A stretch of DNA of 64,000 bases from Candidatus Moraniibacteriota bacterium (GTDB lineage Bacteria > Patescibacteriota > Minisyncoccia > Moranbacterales > UBA1568). The notes under the pieces were generated by a model that saw only the letters and a list, made by a program, of their open reading frames with translations, made no database searches and was not told the DNA's origin. A program made the translations under genes and the position numbers. The stretch is from contig JAQTYF010000001.1 in assembly GCA_028688415.1 (NCBI GenBank), forward strand, positions 208,627-272,626. Direction: 5' to 3'. Shown here in pieces: positions 18,839-28,002 of the stretch; within the stretch, counting starts at the first letter, position 1; each line of letters begins with the position of its first letter.

Positions 18839-19915
18839 ATGGAAAAGAAATCATCATCAAACAACAATTTACATAAGGCCAGCAAGGAAAAAAAGGATGA
18901 GTTTTATACTCAGCTTGTTGATATTGAAAAGGAGCTGAAACACTACAAAAGCCAATTTCGTGGCAAAGTGGTATATTGCAATTGCGACGATCCATTTGAG
19001 AGTAACTTTTTCAAATATTTTGCTAGCAATTTTAAAGAACTTGGATTGAAAAGACTTATCGCTACGAGCTACAAGCCGTCTCCTATTGCCAATACGGAAC
19101 TTGTATTGCAGCCATCCCTTCTTCTCGGTTATGAAGATAAGATTGTGAGACAGCCAGTAGAACCAAAAGGCCGTCCAAAGGTAACGGCAAATAAATTCAT
19201 TATCAACGAGGTTGATGATATAGATGGCGATGGTGCATTTGATTTGCGTGATATTGCCGAACAACTCAAGGTCAATAAAAACAACGAATGGCTACCGCTT
19301 AAAGGCGAGGGGGACTTTAGAAGCAAGGAAAGCATAGAGTTGCTAAAGCAGGCTGATATTGTGGTAACAAACCCACCTTTCTCGCTCTTTCGTGAATATA
19401 TTTCTCAGCTTGTTGAATATAACAAGAAGTTCTTAATTATTGGTAATGTTAATTCAATTACTTACAAAGAATGTTTCAAACTTATAAAGGATAACAAACT
19501 GTGGCTTGGAGCAAGTATTCATAGTGGTGATCGTGAATTTCAAGTACCAGATGATTATCCCTTAAATGCTGCTAGTTCTAGGATTGATAGTGATGGAAAA
19601 AAATATATTCGTGTCAAAGGCGTACGTTGGTTTACAAATCTAGACTATGAAGAGCGCCATGAAAATTTAGTATTGTACAAAACATATATCCCAAAAGAAT
19701 ATCCCAAATATGATAATTATGACGGAATAAACGTTGATAAAACCGCTGATATTCCAGTTGATTACAACGGTGCCATCGGTGTACCGATTACTTTTTTAGA
19801 TAAATACAATCCAGAACAATTTGAGATTGTAAAATTTAGAAAAGGCGACAATGATAAGGATTTAGTAATAAATGGGAAATCGCCGTATTTTAGAATAATA
19901 ATAAAGAAAAGATAA
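18839..19915 (+). CDS. EcoRI-family adenine DNA methyltransferase
   Basis: KKDEFYT, VYCNCDDP, GDFRS, DIVVTNPPFSLFREY, GVPITFLDKYNPEQFEI. Confidence 0.92.
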   Translation: MEKKSSSNNNLHKASKEKKDEFYTQLVDIEKELKHYKSQFRGKVVYCNCDDPFESNFFKYFASNFKELGLKRLIATSYKPSPIANTELVLQPSLLLGYEDKIVRQPVEPKGRPKVTANKFIINEVDDIDGDGAFDLRDIAEQLKVNKNNEWLPLKGEGDFRSKESIELLKQADIVVTNPPFSLFREYISQLVEYNKKFLIIGNVNSITYKECFKLIKDNKLWLGASIHSGDREFQVPDDYPLNAASSRIDSDGKKYIRVKGVRWFTNLDYEERHENLVLYKTYIPKEYPKYDNYDGINVDKTADIPVDYNGAIGVPITFLDKYNPEQFEIVKFRKGDNDKDLVINGKSPYFRIIIKKR

Positions 19916-19916
19916 T

Positions 19917-21020
19917 ATGAAAATTGATCTACACAGAATCAAAGTACGCGAAGTGATCGACGGCTACAAAGACAGCGCCGAAGAAGGTGTTGTTGCGTAT
20001 GGTGGCAAGCTCGATGTTCGCCCCAAGTATCAACGTGAATTCGTCTATAAAGACAAACAACGTGATGCGGTCATTGATACAGTCAAGAAAGGATTTCCGC
20101 TCAATGTGATGTATTGGGTAAAGACTGGTGCGGACAGTTTTGAGGTGCTGGATGGACAACAAAGAACAATTAGTATCGGACAATATGCAAATGGTGATTT
20201 CTCGGTGGACTTTAACGGTCGTACGGCCATGTTCCATAATCTCACCAAGGAGGAAAAAGACCAGATCCTTGATTATGAATTGATGGTTTATTTCTGCGAG
20301 GGTACTGATAAGGAAAAACTTGATTGGTTTAAAATTATCAACATTGCTGGTGAAAAATTGACTGACCAAGAGCTACGCAATGCCGTTTATACTGGCTCGT
20401 GGCTTTCTGACGTAAAACTCAAATTCAGTAAATCAAATTGCGCCGCGTATCTTTTGGCGAATGACGGCGGTGCATTGCTTACCGGTTCACCGATACGCCA
20501 AGAATATTTGGAAACTGCGCTCTCGTGGATAAATAACGGCGAAGTAGCGGAATACATGGCAAAGCATCAGCACGACAAAAACGCTAATGAATTGTGGGAG
20601 TATTTTCAAAATGTTATTGCATGGGTGCGCAAAGCATTCCCTAATCACCGCAAAGAAATGGCGAATGTGAATTGGGGCGAGCTGTACAACCAGTTCGAAG
20701 ATGAGAAATTGGACGCCAAAAAACTAGAAGCCGAAGTTACAAAGTTGATGCAGGACGAAGACGTAACGAAAAAATCTGGTATCTACCCCTATCTTCTCAC
20801 GAGTCAAGAAAGACATCTCTCAATACGCGCCTTTAACGACAAGATGAAGCGCGAAGCTTACGAGCGACAGAAAGGTGTTTGCGTAAAGTGTAGGAAAGAG
20901 TTTGCACTCGAAGAAATGGAAGCCGATCACATTACCCCTTGGCACGAGGGTGGTAAAACGACTGCGAAAAATTGTCAGATGTTGTGCAAACAAGATAACC
21001 GCACTAAATCTGGGAAATAA
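19917..21020 (+). CDS. DUF262 (GmrS-like) + HNH endonuclease
   Basis: PKYQREFVY, LDGQQRT, FKIINIAG; C-terminal CVKC..ADHITPW..GG..NCQMLC..N. Confidence 0.9.
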   Translation: MKIDLHRIKVREVIDGYKDSAEEGVVAYGGKLDVRPKYQREFVYKDKQRDAVIDTVKKGFPLNVMYWVKTGADSFEVLDGQQRTISIGQYANGDFSVDFNGRTAMFHNLTKEEKDQILDYELMVYFCEGTDKEKLDWFKIINIAGEKLTDQELRNAVYTGSWLSDVKLKFSKSNCAAYLLANDGGALLTGSPIRQEYLETALSWINNGEVAEYMAKHQHDKNANELWEYFQNVIAWVRKAFPNHRKEMANVNWGELYNQFEDEKLDAKKLEAEVTKLMQDEDVTKKSGIYPYLLTSQERHLSIRAFNDKMKREAYERQKGVCVKCRKEFALEEMEADHITPWHEGGKTTAKNCQMLCKQDNRTKSGK

Positions 21021-21025
21021 GAGAA

Positions 21026-22219
21026 ATGACAACTCAAAATACAACTGATGGTGGATACTACGCAATAAAAGGATTTGCTTATCAAATAGACAAAGCTATT
21101 TTAGAGCTTTTAAATACTGACGATAATAATGCAAATATAAATATTGAGCAAATCCAAGACATTGACTCAAATAGTTATGTTATACAAGTTAAGTATAAAG
21201 AAAATGCAAAATTAGTGCCTTCACAAGTTAATAAACCAATATCTCAACTTATCGAGGAATTTAAAAAAGATAATAAAAAAAGTTATATCTTATATGTCTT
21301 TTTTTCGGATTTAAATGGATATGCTGATAAGGTTGATAAAGATAAAAAAATTTCAAAAGAAACATTGGACGAGCTTTTGGGAACTCAAAAAGATATATTC
21401 ACAAATCAGGAAAAAAAGAATTTTGCTAATAATTTTTACTTATTTCTTTCTCCTGAATTTCAAGCCCAATTCAATAGTATAATTTTAAAATTAAAAGAAG
21501 CAGGATTTGGAGATACTGATGAAGAGACAATATTTTACTATGCAAATATTTCGGACTATCTTTATAAAAAAGTTTGTAATAATTCAATAGCACAAGTCCG
21601 GAAGAGAACCTGTACTCAAAAAGAAATTTTTGATTATTTAAAAAATGGTAAAAAGTTAATTTCAAACTCTTCTTTTAGAGAGTATCAAGGAGATCAAAAA
21701 TACTTTAATTTTAATAAGAAACAATTCTTTAGTCAGAGAAATATTGATTATTTTGAAAGATTTATTGTAGTGGAATTGAACGGAGATGAAGACGTGGCGG
21801 AACTAAAGGAAATCTTATATAAAATAAAAAATAAATTCTACAACATTTCAGGGGATTGGACTTTTAAAAGAATAAAATCTCCCGCACCATACGTATTCCT
21901 AAAAAATATCTCGGAAGAAAAATTAATATTATTAAAAACCCAAATCTTAAAAGAGGGAATGGTTTTTAAAGATGGTTTTGATTTTCATGGCGCTCTCTTT
22001 TCTTTAACTTCAATAAAAGCAGATTCTACAACTCATAATAACCTTTGTTTGAAATTAATAAACAATGAAGAAAATTTTCAAAGTTTAATTGGTGAAGATT
22101 TTAAGAAAACAAAAGAAGTTTATCAGTTTTATATAAATGAAAGTATACCAATTGAATCTGATATAAAAAATATAAGTATAAAAATTAAAAATATTTTAGA
22201 TATTAAATTTATTCTTTAA
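21026..22219 (+). CDS. DUF4297-like nuclease, partner of HerA
   Basis: AIKGFAYQIDKAIL..IEQIQDID..IQVKY N-terminal PD-(D/E)XK-type motif; adjacent to herA. Confidence 0.8.
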   Translation: MTTQNTTDGGYYAIKGFAYQIDKAILELLNTDDNNANINIEQIQDIDSNSYVIQVKYKENAKLVPSQVNKPISQLIEEFKKDNKKSYILYVFFSDLNGYADKVDKDKKISKETLDELLGTQKDIFTNQEKKNFANNFYLFLSPEFQAQFNSIILKLKEAGFGDTDEETIFYYANISDYLYKKVCNNSIAQVRKRTCTQKEIFDYLKNGKKLISNSSFREYQGDQKYFNFNKKQFFSQRNIDYFERFIVVELNGDEDVAELKEILYKIKNKFYNISGDWTFKRIKSPAPYVFLKNISEEKLILLKTQILKEGMVFKDGFDFHGALFSLTSIKADSTTHNNLCLKLINNEENFQSLIGEDFKKTKEVYQFYINESIPIESDIKNISIKIKNILDIKFIL

Positions 22220-22230
22220 TTTTAAATATT

Positions 22231-24009
22231 ATGACAAGTTCAACAGGTGAAAAACTTGCTTTTGTGACCTCTGTATTTCCAAATAAAGTAAGAATTGAAG
22301 TCGTAAACCTAACAGCTTTCAAAGCCAATATTGATGACGCTCTGGGAGATTTGAAGATAGGCTCTTATCTTGAAATTTCCGATAATGATGGCTGTAGGCT
22401 GATAGCTATAATTGAAAGCTATCAAATAGAATTAAAAGAAAGAATTATTGAAAACGAACAAGGCGGAAAAGAAAAAGAAATTTACAATGCTTATGTTTTA
22501 GAGGCTAGTCCTCTTGGAACGATAAAGGATGGAAAATTTATAAGAGGTGGCGATGCATTGACCATTCCACCAACAGAAGTAAGGCCTGCTAACGCAGCCG
22601 ATATTAAACTTATTTATGAGACAGGTTTCGATGTCGCAGAAAAATTCTGTTTTGCAAAACTATCACAAGATGAAAACATATGTGTCCCCGTGAATGGAAA
22701 CAAATTTTTTAATAAACATTTTGCGGTGGTCGGTTCAAGTGGTTCTGGAAAATCACACACTATAGCAAAAATTTTACAAAATACTATTGATATAGAAAAA
22801 GGAACAAGAGCTTTTGATTTAAACAATTCACACATTATAATTTTCGATATTCACAATGAGTATAAAACAGCTTTCCCGGATGCAAATTTTTTGAACGTTG
22901 AAAATCTTATTTTGCCGTACTGGCTTTTGAATAGTGAGGAGCTAGAGGAATTATTTTTAGACACTGAAGCAAATGATCATAATCAAAGAAATATATTTAA
23001 GGAAGCAATTATAAATGAAAAAATTTCAAATGTAGTTAAAATGGAAAATGAAGATGCTACCGAATTTGAAAAAAGAAAGCAAAAAATTCACTATGACTCA
23101 CCAGTGCTATTTGATATTGGAAAAGTTTTAGAGATAGCAAATAATAAAAATGATGAAATGATAGATACTGGTGAAGTATATGCAAGTGGTGCAAAAAAAG
23201 GACAACCAAAAATGAATCAAGGATCTCTATTCGGTAAATTAACTAATTTTGTGAGTAGACTAGAAAATAAAGTTAACGATAAAAGATTTGATTTTTTACT
23301 AGGAGACAATTCCAAAGCTGTGTCATTTGAAGATACAATCAAACAATTTGTCGGCTATAATAAGCGTAAGAAAAAAAATGAGAGCGGAGAGGAAGTAGAA
23401 ATAGACAAATCAAACGTCACCATAATTGATTTAAGTGGGGTGCCCTTTGAAGTATTAAGTATTACCGTGTCCCTAATTTCCAGAATTTTGTTTGATTATG
23501 GTTATTTTTATAAAAAATACTTAAACGACGGAGTTGATTTAGAAACACCCCTTTTACTGGTCTATGAAGAAGCTCATAAATACGTACCAAAAAGTGATTC
23601 TGAAAAATTTAAAGCGTCAAGAAATGCAATTGAAAGAATTGCAAAGGAGGGTAGAAAATATGGTGTTACATTGGGCATAGTGAGTCAGAGACCATCAGAG
23701 ATATCAGAAACAATATTTTCTCAGTGTAATAATTTTATTGCTATGAGATTAACCAATCCAAGTGATCAAAACTACGTAAGAAGGCTATTACCAGATACCT
23801 TGGGAAATCTAATTGAAGCCCTTCCATCCTTACAGTCGGGTGAAGGATTGCTTTTAGGTGAAGCAGTAGCGATGCCATCTTTAGTAAAAATTGATAAATG
23901 TGAAGCTGATAAACAACCCTCTTCTAATGATGTGAAATATTTAGAAATTTGGAAGGATGAATGGAAAGATGTGAATTTTGAAAATATAATAGCAGAATGG
24001 AAAAAATAA
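22231..24009 (+). CDS. herA: HerA/DUF87 ATPase of a DUF4297-HerA anti-phage system
   Basis: HFAVVGSSGSGKS, DIHNEY, LPYWLL, EEAHKYVP, IAKEGRKYG, SQRPSE. Confidence 0.9.
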   Translation: MTSSTGEKLAFVTSVFPNKVRIEVVNLTAFKANIDDALGDLKIGSYLEISDNDGCRLIAIIESYQIELKERIIENEQGGKEKEIYNAYVLEASPLGTIKDGKFIRGGDALTIPPTEVRPANAADIKLIYETGFDVAEKFCFAKLSQDENICVPVNGNKFFNKHFAVVGSSGSGKSHTIAKILQNTIDIEKGTRAFDLNNSHIIIFDIHNEYKTAFPDANFLNVENLILPYWLLNSEELEELFLDTEANDHNQRNIFKEAIINEKISNVVKMENEDATEFEKRKQKIHYDSPVLFDIGKVLEIANNKNDEMIDTGEVYASGAKKGQPKMNQGSLFGKLTNFVSRLENKVNDKRFDFLLGDNSKAVSFEDTIKQFVGYNKRKKKNESGEEVEIDKSNVTIIDLSGVPFEVLSITVSLISRILFDYGYFYKKYLNDGVDLETPLLLVYEEAHKYVPKSDSEKFKASRNAIERIAKEGRKYGVTLGIVSQRPSEISETIFSQCNNFIAMRLTNPSDQNYVRRLLPDTLGNLIEALPSLQSGEGLLLGEAVAMPSLVKIDKCEADKQPSSNDVKYLEIWKDEWKDVNFENIIAEWKK

Positions 24010-24047
24010 AAGATTTGGAAATGTAAAATTAACTTAGATGAATCATT

Positions 24048-24140
24048 ATGAATGCAATTATATGTCCACACTGCAAGAAAGCTTTTAAGGTCGATGAGGC
24101 GGGATTTGCCGATATTGATGAATGGACAAGTTACCGTTAA
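24048..24140 (+). pseudogene. Truncated N-terminus of a DUF2130-like gene (MNAIICPHCKKAFKVDEAGFADI...)
   Basis: Hand translation resembles the CPHC..FK.DEAG.ADI start of DUF2130 proteins and stops after 30 codons. Confidence 0.6.
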
Positions 24141-24151
24141 ATATAACAAAT

Positions 24152-24835
24152 ATGGATCCACTCAAAACAAATGGTTTAATAATACAGAATTTTCCACAAG
24201 AGAAATATGAATCTATTCACCATATTTTGAGTAGCAAATATGCAGAAAAGAAAGAGTATGAACATTTTTCAGGAGCGTGGAATGCTACAGCTTATCGATA
24301 CAAAGCTACAATTGACCATGGAAGTGACTTCATCAAATTATTAAAATTATATGGAACGGCACCACAGCCAGAAAAAAGATATTTACAAGAACAAGCGCTT
24401 TTTAATCATTTCAGTTCGTGCTTTTCAGTTTTTGAATCAATGTGTTATGGATTTTATGCGATAGGATCAATTGTTAGTCCAGAATTTTTTTCTATTAACG
24501 ACACAGCAGATCAACGAAAAATATCTCCAGAAACAACAAAAAGAACTTTTCAAAAGGCATTTCCTGATGAACAAATCACTAAAACATTAATTGAGTTAAT
24601 TGCCGATTCAGAATTTGAAAATATTAGAAATACTAGGAATATTCTTACTCATCGAACAGCACCAGGAAGAAAGATTTATCTACACATAGGAGAAGATGAA
24701 TCACTCCCAACAGAATGGAAATTGAACAATAAACCCTTAAATGAATTGATAGTCAAATCAAACGAGGATAATATGAAAAGGCTTTTAAATAATTTACTAA
24801 CTGCAGGAGAAATGTTTTGCATATCACATTTATAA
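24152..24835 (+). CDS. Putative HEPN-like protein
   Basis: Helical protein with an R-x4-H motif (RNILTH). Confidence 0.6.
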   Translation: MDPLKTNGLIIQNFPQEKYESIHHILSSKYAEKKEYEHFSGAWNATAYRYKATIDHGSDFIKLLKLYGTAPQPEKRYLQEQALFNHFSSCFSVFESMCYGFYAIGSIVSPEFFSINDTADQRKISPETTKRTFQKAFPDEQITKTLIELIADSEFENIRNTRNILTHRTAPGRKIYLHIGEDESLPTEWKLNNKPLNELIVKSNEDNMKRLLNNLLTAGEMFCISHL

Positions 24836-24839
24836 TTAT

Positions 24840-25805
24840 ATGGCACGTAAAAATATTTTAAAAATACCAGCTAAGATAAAGAAGCAAATAGAAACATTTA
24901 GTCAGGATGATGTTGTTGTGGCTTGTGTAAAATATATTCCAAATGAAGAAATTCATAAATACAAACACTTAAACATGCGCTATATCAACGGCGAGCTAGT
25001 TCTTCCACCTTCAAAAACTCCAAATCACAATACCGGAAAATTTTCTCGGGCAAACCTAGAAGGTTTGGAGAAAAAAAGAACTGATTTACCAAAAATCTCA
25101 AAAGAATTTAGCTCTGAAGCTCCAAATTGGAATGGAAATGGCACACATGCTGTTTCTTATTCGCGGGATGTATATCAAAAGGATTTCTACCCACCCAAAG
25201 AAGTTGAATTAAAAATTGAGCAAATAGAAAAAAGAGAACATGGTTTCAAAATAAAATTTTTAATTGATCAAGTAATTAATCGAAATACTCTAAATTTTGA
25301 AAAAGAATTATTATATAACTTAAATTTATTACAAGAAAACGTTGGAATGATAGATGTCTTTCCGAGCATTGCAACTTTGGCAGATTATGCAAAAACCGTT
25401 TATATTGATTGGGAAATATTACCACCAGGAACTGTTGATGAGATTGTAGAGGCTTTGTTAAAAAACCAAAAAACAGGAAGTATTACTCCGGATCAAGTAA
25501 AAGTAATGCGGGAAAGAATAGGTGTCATGTCAAAATTGAAGCCCGTTGTGTATATAAAAGGGACAAGTGGTTTTTTAAGATATTTTGGGGCAAAGTTCGG
25601 AGACGATTTTGTTGTTTTTGAAAATATAAAATATGGAAACGCCCTGTATGTAATGTATGATTTATGGGTGGAGCTAAGTAAAAAAAGTAGGACAGAATTA
25701 CTAAATGGATCAAGAGAAGATTTTGAACGCATAGAGCATAGAGATGGATGGGGAGATGTTTTACAAAAATTTGTCAGAGAATATAGGCGTAAAAATAAAA
25801 ATTAA
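24840..25805 (+). CDS. Hypothetical protein (321 aa) in the defence operon
   Basis: Long ORF 4 nt after the HEPN-like gene; no family confidently assigned. Confidence 0.75.
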   Translation: MARKNILKIPAKIKKQIETFSQDDVVVACVKYIPNEEIHKYKHLNMRYINGELVLPPSKTPNHNTGKFSRANLEGLEKKRTDLPKISKEFSSEAPNWNGNGTHAVSYSRDVYQKDFYPPKEVELKIEQIEKREHGFKIKFLIDQVINRNTLNFEKELLYNLNLLQENVGMIDVFPSIATLADYAKTVYIDWEILPPGTVDEIVEALLKNQKTGSITPDQVKVMRERIGVMSKLKPVVYIKGTSGFLRYFGAKFGDDFVVFENIKYGNALYVMYDLWVELSKKSRTELLNGSREDFERIEHRDGWGDVLQKFVREYRRKNKN

Positions 25806-25897
25806 ACTATGAATGAAGAGACATTTGAAAAAAGAGGAGAAAAGCTTAATATTAAATAGTCCCGCCGTCCCGCCGAAAATTTTTGGGGGCGAAGCCC

Positions 25898-25954
25898 AAG
25901 CAGGCGGGCAAAAAGGAAGGGGGTTGGGGGGAAGGAATTTTTGCCCGCTTGCTT
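25898..25954. repeat. 17 bp inverted repeat enclosing a G-run loop
   Basis: AAGCAGGCGGGCAAAAA / TTTTTGCCCGCTTGCTT, loop GGAAGGGGGTTGGGGGGAAGGAA. Confidence 0.8.
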
Positions 25955-26079
25955 CCGTTCCTGTTCCGTTTGAGAAAAGGAAAAGTGGATAAATGTCTTT
26001 TTTGAAGAAAATATTTTTTAGATTTGATTATTGCAATATAAAGCATGGGGCTGATTTGTTTTCACTCATCCACAAACAT

Positions 26080-26265
26080 ATGGCGAACGTAAGTAGTGAG
26101 TTTATCTTAGAACTTCAAACAATTATCAAGGAAGACTACGACAAGGAACTGTCTACTGCAGAGGTGTCTCAAATAGCCAATGATCTGGTCTGTTACTTCG
26201 ACCTACTGGGAAAGATATACCATCAGAATATAAACCACTCCCAAGAGCCAGAAACTAGCGCGTAG
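26080..26265 (+). CDS. Small helical protein (61 aa) at the right end of the island
   Basis: ATG 26080; ELQTIIKEDYDKELS..IANDLVCYFDLL. Confidence 0.65.
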   Translation: MANVSSEFILELQTIIKEDYDKELSTAEVSQIANDLVCYFDLLGKIYHQNINHSQEPETSA

Positions 26266-26366
26266 CAAGCTTCTCTATCCGAAGTAATATCAATTCAAGT
26301 CCCTTCCTCTTTTCAATCAAATGTGCAAGAATTGAAGGGTAAAATCCGTTCACAACCGCATCCCTC
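26255..26366 (-). other. Detached 3' segment of the recombinase gene (37 codons + TAG), in frame after excision
   Basis: Reading through the right repeat in the recombinase frame gives MLG-WRDAVVNGFYPSILAHLIEKRKGLELILLRIEKLATR*. Confidence 0.7.
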
Positions 26367-26381
26367 CACCCCAGCATTGAA

Positions 26382-26418
26382 CAAAAATACATCCTTTACT
26401 AGGATGTATTTTTGTTTT
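26382..26418 (+). terminator. Terminator that would follow tRNA-Gln in the empty site
   Basis: CAAAAATACATCCT-TTACT-AGGATGTATTTTTG. Confidence 0.8.
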
Positions 26419-26459
26419 AATATAGGTGCCAGGAGTCGAAGTTTATGCCCTTTAGGGTA

Positions 26460-26478
26460 AATCCTAGCACCTCAGCCA
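26460..26478 (+). repeat. Second tRNA-Gln 3'-end remnant ending in CCA
   Basis: AATCCTAGCACCTCAGCCA versus AATCCTAGCACCCCAGC at 12870-12886. Confidence 0.75.
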
Positions 26479-26581
26479 CGAAAAGTGGCTTCGCCACCTC
26501 GTGGCCTTAGGCCAATAAAATGGCTTTTCAGGCCTCTTAAAGTGAGCAGTGAGTATTCCTAGTACCTCAGAAAAAAAATTT

Positions 26582-27049
26582 ATGATTTCATACAAACACA
26601 CCCAAATTGGATATCTGATGCTGGTTGTTACGATGGTGGTGCTGGTATTTTTCGCATGGACTCAAATTACGGCCAGACTCGAATCTCCTTCGTACTACTC
26701 CGGCACGAATTTTGCCGTTACTGCCCTAATGGCATTCATTCTGTTTGTTCTTGCATCGTTTGCCACGCTGACATCATCGATTGATGAAAACTATCTTCGA
26801 ATCAAGCTTGGTTATGGACTTTTCGCCAGGAAGTTTGCTTTGAATCAGATAGCTTCAGTGCAAGTAGTAAAGAATCGCTGGTATTATGGATGGGGGATAA
26901 GATTGTGGCTGTGGCCAAAAATGTGGATATATAATGTTTCAGGTTTTGATGCGGTTGAGATAACTATGAAAAATGGGAAAATCTATCGCATAGGAACAGA
27001 TACTCCTGAAGAACTTGAAACTGCGATTAAGCAATCTATAAATTCTTAA
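26582..27049 (+). CDS. Small membrane protein with a PH-like C-terminal domain
   Basis: Two TM helices, YGWGIR, YNVSGFDAVEI..RIGTDTPEEL. Confidence 0.75.
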   Translation: MISYKHTQIGYLMLVVTMVVLVFFAWTQITARLESPSYYSGTNFAVTALMAFILFVLASFATLTSSIDENYLRIKLGYGLFARKFALNQIASVQVVKNRWYYGWGIRLWLWPKMWIYNVSGFDAVEITMKNGKIYRIGTDTPEELETAIKQSINS

Positions 27050-27162
27050 TCGAAAATGTACGCCGCCAAAGAAAAACCTGGAATTGTTCTCTCTGCTATT
27101 AAAATTGATTTGAATTCTTAATAAAGGTTCCCACTTTACCCCAGAGCCCCAACTGACAAATT

Positions 27163-27615
27163 ATGAACTACTCAGCTATCATAGAAATTCCTAAAGGATC
27201 TGATCGCCGAATACATATGTCTTATGACATGAGTGGCTTTGTAGACCTTGGAGCCATAAAGGAACAAATTCCAGTGAATAATGGCATTATGCCAGTTGCT
27301 TATGGATACTTACCTTCTTTTATAAATAAAGCTGAGGGTGACCCAGTTGATATTCTTGTTTTTTCTTGTGAAGAATACGTCACCGGAGATACAACTAATG
27401 TTGAAATATTAGGAATGTTCACGCGAGAAGATGGAGATCACAAAATTCTTGCTAAAGACAGCTCTATAAATTATGAAAGTTTCATGGATGTACCTGGCCT
27501 GGAAAGAAAGCTTCTCTTAGAGTACTTTGGATATAAGTCCGAAATTACCGCTGTAGATGACGCTAATAAGGCTAAAGACTACCTAAATAACTCAGAAATG
27601 GTTTCGATAGCTTAA
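27163..27615 (+). CDS. Family I inorganic pyrophosphatase-like protein
   Basis: IIEIPKGS, PVAYGYLP, EGDPVDILV, DHKIL; divergent from canonical Ppa. Confidence 0.75.
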   Translation: MNYSAIIEIPKGSDRRIHMSYDMSGFVDLGAIKEQIPVNNGIMPVAYGYLPSFINKAEGDPVDILVFSCEEYVTGDTTNVEILGMFTREDGDHKILAKDSSINYESFMDVPGLERKLLLEYFGYKSEITAVDDANKAKDYLNNSEMVSIA

Positions 27616-27662
27616 CCCAAATAAATTCCCACTTCGTCCCACAGGTTCAGCATATACAATCT

Positions 27663-27959
27663 ATGAATGAATTCACATTTAAATCTGTAGAACTGTGGCT
27701 TTATCCTGGACAGGCGGGGAATTGGCATTTTGTCTCTCTTCCGAAGAAAGAGTCAGGGGAAATCAAGAAGAAATTTGGTGAGAGGAGTAAAGGTTGGGGA
27801 TCTCTTCCTGTTTTGGTTACTATCGGAAAAACAAGCTGGAAAACTTCCATATTTCCTGATAAAAAATCGGGCGGATACCTTTTACCTATCAAAGCCGTTG
27901 TACGAAAGAAAGAATGTCTCCTGGTAGGCGAGAAAATTTCTTTTTCGATTAAGATATAA
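27663..27959 (+). CDS. DUF1905 domain protein
   Basis: WHFVSLP, GWGSLPV, WKTSIFPD, YLLPIKAVVRKKE. Confidence 0.85.
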   Translation: MNEFTFKSVELWLYPGQAGNWHFVSLPKKESGEIKKKFGERSKGWGSLPVLVTIGKTSWKTSIFPDKKSGGYLLPIKAVVRKKECLLVGEKISFSIKI

Positions 27960-28002
27960 AAAATATCGTCCTACAGATTTAACACTGTGATATACTTCTT
28001 TT

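Larger units (their letters stand above)
12878..26379. mobile_element. Integrated ~13.5 kb defence island bounded by the 13 bp direct repeat CACCCCAGCATTG (12878-12890, 26367-26379)
   Basis: The repeat overlaps the tRNA-Gln 3' end; recombinase at the left end; AT-rich defence cargo; terminator immediately after the right repeat. Confidence 0.9.

Noticed and set aside
12878-26379. Prophage or ICE call for the island
   Set aside because: No capsid, terminase, tail, relaxase or T4SS genes recognised.
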